This document shows positions 46,985-52,517 of a stretch of 52,517 nucleotides of DNA, one piece after another. Position 1 is the stretch's first letter, and the number at the start of each line of letters is the position of its first letter. Location: positions 1 through 52,517 of the IMG/VR virus record IMGVR_UViG_3300025000_000135. One strand, 5' to 3'. The translations under genes were made by a program, and so were the position numbers. The notes below the pieces were generated by a model. It was not told where the DNA came from. It was given only the letters and a program-made list of their open reading frames with translations, and ran no database searches. Source of the stretch: a virus (taxonomy: Duplodnaviria; Caudoviricetes).

Positions 46985-48184
46985 TTACTCTTGATTTTCT
47001 CCGTTTTCTTCATCTAATGCATCCATCCAAGACAAATCTTCTTCGTCTTTTTCCTCTTCTTCATTGTTTTCTGCATCGCTTTCTTCTGACTCTTCTTTTT
47101 TAATCATGAAGTCAAAAAGTAAGTCCTCATCCTTATATTGACCTTCTGTTTTTAGAATTATAGGTTTTTTATTGTCATCTTCTCCAACCATTTTGATTGC
47201 AGGTCTACGAATCACCATTTTCTTTTCCTTACTTCCACCTACGGCTAGTTTATTAATAGCGTCTTCCATAGTATAAGCACCCATATCAATAAGTTCCATG
47301 ATGTCAGCAGGAATATCTGACTCAGTGATATTAACTAAAGATTGACCTTCAATAATATCTCCCTCAATAGTAACTTCTGTGATATCTTTCTTTACTTTTA
47401 AAACTTTATCAAGGAATTTCTTAGTATTTTCTGGTTTAACTTTATCCACTTCAAGTTCAAATATTTTATCAAATGCGATATTTTGTTTTACCAACTTGCC
47501 ATCATATTCTTTTACATAATCTACAACCTTAGCATAGATAGGGTAAATAGCTTTTTCTTTATCTAGTTTACCAACACTATCTTTATCAAGAAGAATGGTT
47601 TGGGTGAATACTGCTTTGTATTTTGATGGATCGTCAACCTTTGATAAAAATATACTCGTAATTTCTTTTACCGCCTGAGTTGAGTCTTGATATGTTTTGT
47701 ATACGTAGTCACCTTTAATATTAACAACCATTCCGTTTTTCAGATGTTCTTGTATATATTCAATGGCATCATATGGTGATAAGAAAGTTTTTGCAAATGT
47801 TTTTTCTTTAATATCCTTTTCTAGTCCAACTGTAATAAAACATTGATTGCCGATAGTTTCAAGAATTTCTTCGTCAAATCTATCTTCCCAAGCAATTGTA
47901 AACTGATTTTTATAATCGTCAACATCTTTATCTTTATCATTCTTTTTTACACCGTGCACATAGAGAATATTATCTCTTTCAGAACCATATCCACCCATTA
48001 AGTCAGCATAGACAACATTGCCACCACCACAATCCACCCCAAGATTTAGTTTATTCCAAACCCAATCAGATTTTGTAGTAGTCTCATCCATTTTAAATGT
48101 AAAGTCTGATAGTTTAGCTTCTCCGATTAATTGAAACGATGATTGCCCTTTTTTTAGTGGTTTTTTATCTTCTTTCTTTGCCAT
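46985..48184 (-). CDS. putative ssDNA-binding protein (SPbeta YorF-like position); track start 48205
   Basis: beta-rich body, very acidic tail; RBS gaaagaagga before MAKKED. Confidence 0.55.
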   Translation of the reverse strand: MAKKEDKKPLKKGQSSFQLIGEAKLSDFTFKMDETTTKSDWVWNKLNLGVDCGGGNVVYADLMGGYGSERDNILYVHGVKKNDKDKDVDDYKNQFTIAWEDRFDEEILETIGNQCFITVGLEKDIKEKTFAKTFLSPYDAIEYIQEHLKNGMVVNIKGDYVYKTYQDSTQAVKEITSIFLSKVDDPSKYKAVFTQTILLDKDSVGKLDKEKAIYPIYAKVVDYVKEYDGKLVKQNIAFDKIFELEVDKVKPENTKKFLDKVLKVKKDITEVTIEGDIIEGQSLVNITESDIPADIMELIDMGAYTMEDAINKLAVGGSKEKKMVIRRPAIKMVGEDDNKKPIILKTEGQYKDEDLLFDFMIKKEESEESDAENNEEEEKDEEDLSWMDALDEENGENQE

Positions 48185-48236
48185 ATTATGTATTCCTTCT
48201 TTCAATAATTTATTTTATTATTTAATGCACATGATC

Positions 48237-48311
48237 TTATAAAAATATATTGAAAGAAGGTGGAGATTTATTTTTCTTAACAGGTTTCCAACAGTTACCT
48301 TTGTTTTTCAA
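48237..48311 (-). CDS. 24-aa leader peptide overlapping an anti-RBS stem (not in ORF track)
   Basis: aaagga RBS, TTG start, MKNKGNCWKPVKKNKSPPSFNIFL*. Confidence 0.45.
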   Translation of the reverse strand: MKNKGNCWKPVKKNKSPPSFNIFL

Positions 48312-48359
48312 CCAATCAATCCTTTCTCTAAAATATTATTTATTTTTAACCACTTAATA

Positions 48360-48388
48360 ATTATAACATAATCAAATCTCCATGTCAA
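48360..48388 (-). promoter_or_regulatory. consensus sigmaA promoter of the replication operon
   Basis: TTGACA-N17-TATAAT with TGn and A-rich UP element. Confidence 0.85.
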
Positions 48389-48598
48389 CATATTTTATTT
48401 CTTACTTCTAATAAAAACCAAACCAAATAAAATTCCACTTTTAAAGGATAGCATATATAACATAATTATTTACGCCTATTTAATGACCACAAACCCTTAT
48501 GTAGCAACAGTTACAGGACTATTTTACTGATTTTATTGAAAATTTGAGTTTATGGTCATTTTAAGCATAACCCCATAAAATGAAAATTTCTTGAGGGT

Positions 48599-49207
48599 CT
48601 AATAATTGCCTAAATTCTTCATTTTTGATGACAATTCTTTCACAAAATCATTAATATCTGTTTTTGAATCAATTGTAATATTAATTGTAATATTTTGAAT
48701 AACATTTTCAACTTCTGGCACTACTTTTTCGACTGGTTTAACCATTCGTTCTTGAGTATACACGATCTGACCAATATCTTTTGCTTTTAAAATCATGGTA
48801 TTGAATTGATCTTTATCTGTTGATGGTAGTTTTAATTCTGTATGTAATATTTCAAAATCCCTACCTGTCAATTCTACTCCATAGGAATGACGAAAATCTC
48901 CATTCTCAATTGTCAGAGAATAACTACCATCAACCACCCGAACTAGATCACCTTTATTATAATTGCTCATTTTAACACTCTCTCTTTCTTCTATGTATGG
49001 TTCAAAATCTTCTGGTAGGAAGAAATCGCCAAACTCATCATCAATGTCATCGTTTAGAATAATTTTATCACTTTGAATTCTAGAAACAAATAGATACGGT
49101 TGATTCTTATTTTTTGCACTTTGCCAAATAGAACTATTTTTTAAACCACCATAACTTTTTGAATGAGGTATTACTTTCATACCCACACCAATGAATTCTC
49201 TTTTCAC
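48599..49207 (-). CDS. hypothetical protein
   Basis: aggag RBS, GTG start. Confidence 0.65.
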   Translation of the reverse strand: MKREFIGVGMKVIPHSKSYGGLKNSSIWQSAKNKNQPYLFVSRIQSDKIILNDDIDDEFGDFFLPEDFEPYIEERESVKMSNYNKGDLVRVVDGSYSLTIENGDFRHSYGVELTGRDFEILHTELKLPSTDKDQFNTMILKAKDIGQIVYTQERMVKPVEKVVPEVENVIQNITINITIDSKTDINDFVKELSSKMKNLGNY

Positions 49208-49216
49208 TTTTAATAT

Positions 49217-49393
49217 CTAACTCCTCTCTACTACTTGATAAATATCCTCACAATCTGACTTATGAATCCAATACAACTTATCACCATCTAAATTAACTTG
49301 AATGCGATAATGCAATGCAGTTTCTTCCATAATAACTCGATACGTATCTTTCTTAAATGAATTAAAGTCTTTGAGGAATCTTACTTTTCTCAA
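49217..49393 (-). CDS. 58-aa hypothetical protein (not in ORF track)
   Basis: aaggaggtga RBS, TTG start, MRKVRFLKDFNSFKKD...VERS*. Confidence 0.65.
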   Translation of the reverse strand: MRKVRFLKDFNSFKKDTYRVIMEETALHYRIQVNLDGDKLYWIHKSDCEDIYQVVERS

Positions 49394-49773
49394 TTTATCA
49401 CCTCCTTAAAATAACTGCTTACTTTATTAAGTTTTATTTTATGCGTTTCACACTCAGTAATAATCTCATTCAATCTATCAATTCTCATTTGAACTAATCC
49501 ATTATAGACTTCAACACATTCCTCATATGTATTTGCATAGTGTCTAGAATACACATCCACTACCTTGCTTTTAATCATTTCACCTTTTTTATTAATTGGA
49601 GCGAATACCCAACTACTATATTTTGGTTTATCAATTTCTGCCTTATATTTATCCAGAATCATTCCTCGTATTGGTAATTGTTTTAAATGCGAATAATCAT
49701 AATTATTATCTTCATTATATGCACATGCCCAAACTATAGTTTCATGTTCTAAGGTTTTTATATTTAGTTCCAC
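49390..49773 (-). CDS. hypothetical protein
   Basis: aaggaggt RBS. Confidence 0.65.
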   Translation of the reverse strand: MELNIKTLEHETIVWACAYNEDNNYDYSHLKQLPIRGMILDKYKAEIDKPKYSSWVFAPINKKGEMIKSKVVDVYSRHYANTYEECVEVYNGLVQMRIDRLNEIITECETHKIKLNKVSSYFKEVIN

Positions 49774-49785
49774 AGTTTACCTCCT

Positions 49786-50052
49786 TTACAGCATTAATTC
49801 AAATTCAATATCTTCAAAATTATTACTATACGTAAAACCAACAATCTTAATTCCTGGAGCGTGTTTATGATTTAAATTCTCATCATAGGCATCGAGATAA
49901 TATTTGAATTTTTTATCAAAATTTAAAAGTGGATTAATAATTACCTCTGGCCTATCAAAACCTTCCATCTCAATAAGAACTGCCACATAATTCATACTTT
50001 TTGCCTTAGCCATTTCAAAACAATTAATTAAATTCTCGCTTGTTAAATTCAT
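49786..50052 (-). CDS. hypothetical phage protein
   Basis: aggagg RBS; EVIINP..NFDKK..YY..AYDENL pattern familiar from Bacillota phages. Confidence 0.7.
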   Translation of the reverse strand: MNLTSENLINCFEMAKAKSMNYVAVLIEMEGFDRPEVIINPLLNFDKKFKYYLDAYDENLNHKHAPGIKIVGFTYSNNFEDIEFELML

Positions 50053-50109
50053 TTTGATTCCTCCTAATATTTTTATTTTTATGTCCTAGAAAACTAAACT
50101 TTGAACTGA

Positions 50110-50328
50110 TTAATATTCATCATCACTTTCTTCTGGTTCTTCTAATTCCATTCCAATAATATTTCCGATAGAATATAATGCCCATGCCTCTCCATTGCTA
50201 CAACCGTCACTAAATACATCATTTCCGTTTCCTTCTGATCTAAGTTCTGTGTAACCACAACAATATGCTTTATAATGTTTATTTATGTATTCTTTAATTT
50301 CTTCAAGTATTTCTAAACTATCATTCAT
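50110..50328 (-). CDS. hypothetical protein
   Basis: ggaggg RBS. Confidence 0.6.
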   Translation of the reverse strand: MNDSLEILEEIKEYINKHYKAYCCGYTELRSEGNGNDVFSDGCSNGEAWALYSIGNIIGMELEEPEESDDEY

Positions 50329-50364
50329 TAATTTAATCCCTCCAATATATTTATTTTTATAATT

Positions 50365-50928
50365 CTATTTACTAAACTCTATATAATTCCTCCAAAACAA
50401 TAATTCACTACTACTTCTATAAGCAACTCTTTCTAAACACTTTTCACACCATTTTCTATATGCTTCTTCTGATTTAAACCTAGAATCAATTCGCTTCTTT
50501 GCCCTTCGAACTAATGCAACACCTTTCATATCAGAAATCTTCTGAGAATACTTCTTTAACTCAAAGTTATCAAGATCCACTTCAATCAATCCAATATCTT
50601 TTGGTATTAATTCAATTGGAATAACATTAACAGGACAAATTATGTAACTCATTGCAGGAGCACAGCAAAATCCATTCTTAAAGTCACTCAGACTTGCTTT
50701 TGCTTCTATACCCTTCATATCATAATGAAATTTCCTTGGTGCTATTCTAACCTTTTTAATTCCAACACAATCAATGATTTCTTTTCTCTTTTTGCCAATA
50801 TCTAAATTCCACATGCCACCTACCTCTGTAGCTAACATCTTATAACCCCAACCGAATAATATGTATTTAGATATTTCTTTTAATAGAAAATGTGTTTCTG
50901 TTTCGTTTTTAGGTCTGTTGAAACTCAA
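50365..50928 (-). CDS. MmcB-like PD-(D/E)xK nuclease
   Basis: H..LK, TEV, IDCVG, GIEAKASLSDF, YIICP, IP..IGLI. Confidence 0.7.
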   Translation of the reverse strand: MSFNRPKNETETHFLLKEISKYILFGWGYKMLATEVGGMWNLDIGKKRKEIIDCVGIKKVRIAPRKFHYDMKGIEAKASLSDFKNGFCCAPAMSYIICPVNVIPIELIPKDIGLIEVDLDNFELKKYSQKISDMKGVALVRRAKKRIDSRFKSEEAYRKWCEKCLERVAYRSSSELLFWRNYIEFSK

Positions 50929-50959
50929 TTAATTTTTATCACCTCGATTTATTTTATAA

Positions 50960-51217
50960 TTAGAAATTATTATCAAATTCTGCTCTAATTGCAGAATCAT
51001 ATTGTGTGTTAAAATATACTTCACTCAATACTTCTTTAATTTCTGCATCATTTTTAGCGTCTTTGATCTTTTCTACCATTTTATTAATAAAATCCATATG
51101 TATCTCACCTTTCTTTTTAGGTTTAAATAATTGATTATCCTTAGTAAATTGCTTATACAATAAATTATTATTTGTATAAACGATTCCCTCCGATCTTCCG
51201 ACTACAAAATCCTTCAT
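50960..51217 (-). CDS. hypothetical protein (possible internal start MDFINK)
   Basis: RBS at both candidate starts. Confidence 0.55.
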   Translation of the reverse strand: MKDFVVGRSEGIVYTNNNLLYKQFTKDNQLFKPKKKGEIHMDFINKMVEKIKDAKNDAEIKEVLSEVYFNTQYDSAIRAEFDNNF

Positions 51218-51262
51218 TTTTTCACCTCTTTTCTATGTAATATGTAATTTCTCTACTTAATA

Positions 51263-51291
51263 AGTATAACATTTTCACAACTTTATGTCAA
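51263..51291 (-). promoter_or_regulatory. sigmaA promoter
   Basis: TTGACA-N17-TATACT with TGn; flanks shared with the 48360-48388 promoter. Confidence 0.8.
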
Positions 51292-51315
51292 CATATTTTT
51301 ATTTTTATATTTAAC

Positions 51316-51495
51316 TTATTCACCATTCCCTTCTATTTTTGCATATGCCTTTAAACATCTTTTACAAGTAACGTTCTTATCTTGAATATTTTGTATATCT
51401 TCACCAACATATTGTAAACATAAACTCATGTTGGATTTTAGATATGCGATATGTATGACTCCACCTTTTGTTGCTAGGGCTTTCTTTAAATCCAT
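51316..51495 (-). CDS. 59-aa Zn-binding-like protein (not in ORF track)
   Basis: aaaggag RBS; VIH...SLC...VTCKRCLK. Confidence 0.65.
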   Translation of the reverse strand: MDLKKALATKGGVIHIAYLKSNMSLCLQYVGEDIQNIQDKNVTCKRCLKAYAKIEGNGE

Positions 51496-51530
51496 TATTA
51501 ATTCTCTCCTTTCTATGTAATTAATTATAT

Positions 51531-51722
51531 TTATTTAATTCCATATACTAATAATTTATCTTCCAAATCCTGAATTTTATTAAACATAACAAGAACTAAA
51601 TTATCTCCTGTTAATTCCCTCCATTTTTCACCATATCGTAAAGCATGGAAATTAAATTTACCATCTGTTTGGTCTAAAACAACTTCATATTTGCCACTGT
51701 CTAGAATTATTAATTCTTTCAT
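51531..51722 (-). CDS. hypothetical protein
   Basis: KYEV..D...ALRYGEKWRELTGDNLVL.M. Confidence 0.65.
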   Translation of the reverse strand: MKELIILDSGKYEVVLDQTDGKFNFHALRYGEKWRELTGDNLVLVMFNKIQDLEDKLLVYGIK

Positions 51723-52384
51723 TATTCGCCTTCCTTTTGTAATTCTTGTAAACCCCTATGATAATCAATCCATTCCTGACTTTCAAGTTTCTTTTTTACT
51801 ACAATGTCAAAATACTCTTTTCGCATATCTTGTAACGTAAATTTCTCCAACCCTTTCTTTTTTAAACTCTTATTTACTAATTTAATTATATCATTATTGT
51901 TCATAGGATAAAGTTTAGTCAACCTATCCTTTTCTGCTTTAGCATCTTCTTCTAATTTTACTCTTTCAACTTCAACTTGCTTTCTATTTTCTTCCTCTTG
52001 GTCAACAATGTTATTTAAATCAATTTTTAACTTATTCCACTTATCTTCCATATGTGCAGGGATAATGACCTCTGGAATCTCAACTGATGTAATTTCAAAC
52101 ATTTCATATTTATCTTTATCATAGTAATAATCTGAGAAATATGAACCACTTCTTGACACGGAACGTGTTACACCGAATGGAAATAATTCAATTTCAACAT
52201 ATCTTTTATCCATTTCCATTAATTGACCTTCTTCATATTTATACTGATATTTTCCTTGATCATCCCAACTATCATCACCAACCTCTTTAAACCCATAAAT
52301 TTTACCGTCTTTTGTGTATGAAAAATCATCTAAATCTGAATCACCTAACTTTTTTACTATTAAATAAAATAAATTTATATCCAT
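51722..52384 (-). CDS. hypothetical protein
   Basis: W.DQGKYQY...RSGSYFSDYYY; coiled-coil C-terminus. Confidence 0.7.
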   Translation of the reverse strand: MDINLFYLIVKKLGDSDLDDFSYTKDGKIYGFKEVGDDSWDDQGKYQYKYEEGQLMEMDKRYVEIELFPFGVTRSVSRSGSYFSDYYYDKDKYEMFEITSVEIPEVIIPAHMEDKWNKLKIDLNNIVDQEEENRKQVEVERVKLEEDAKAEKDRLTKLYPMNNNDIIKLVNKSLKKKGLEKFTLQDMRKEYFDIVVKKKLESQEWIDYHRGLQELQKEGE

Positions 52385-52517
52385 TTTACAATCCTTCTTT
52401 CTTAATCAATATATCTAAGAAACCTTTCATTTCTATATCTTCTTTTGACTGTTTAACAATTGCATCAATATAATCCTTATCATCATTGCAAATATATTGA
52501 TATATGTGATTCTTAAA

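Noticed and set aside
1-52517. CRISPR array, tRNA or rRNA genes
   Set aside because: No regularly spaced repeat-spacer units or cloverleafs seen by eye; ggttcgaatc near 34604 lies inside recD2 without tRNA stems.
1-52517. Arbitrium (aimR/aimP) or integrase module expected of SPbeta-like phages
   Set aside because: No TPR receptor, secreted pro-peptide or recombinase recognised; they may lie outside the window.

Overview
AT-rich segment of a large SPbeta-like temperate phage of a spore-forming Bacillota host, probably maintained as a phage-plasmid. No virion, lysis or integrase genes are in the window. 18.7-52.5 kb (minus strand) holds an SPbeta yorF-yorL-like replisome (SSB-like protein, AAA ATPase, DnaB, primase, PD-(D/E)xK nuclease, intein-containing DnaE, RecD2), nucleotide metabolism genes (class II RNR with mini-intein, dUTPase, ThyX, dNMP kinase), free-standing homing endonucleases and many small ORFs behind near-consensus sigmaA promoters. 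6.9-18.7 kb is a plasmid-maintenance island. It has an iteron/DnaA-box origin with a lambda-O-like Rep and a predicted antisense RNA, two divergent partition systems (ParA type and ParM type), and a relaxase-less cassette (pilin-like protein, membrane protein, VirB4/VirD4-like ATPase, M23 peptidase, then a DndB-like protein). Several genes of this island follow sporulation-sigma-like (sigmaE/sigmaF) promoter matches. 0-6.8 kb holds a second initiator-like gene with an inverted-repeat triad, a DNA methyltransferase, a TnpB and a tandem-repeat nuclease. All family calls are by-eye motif recognition; no database searches were run.
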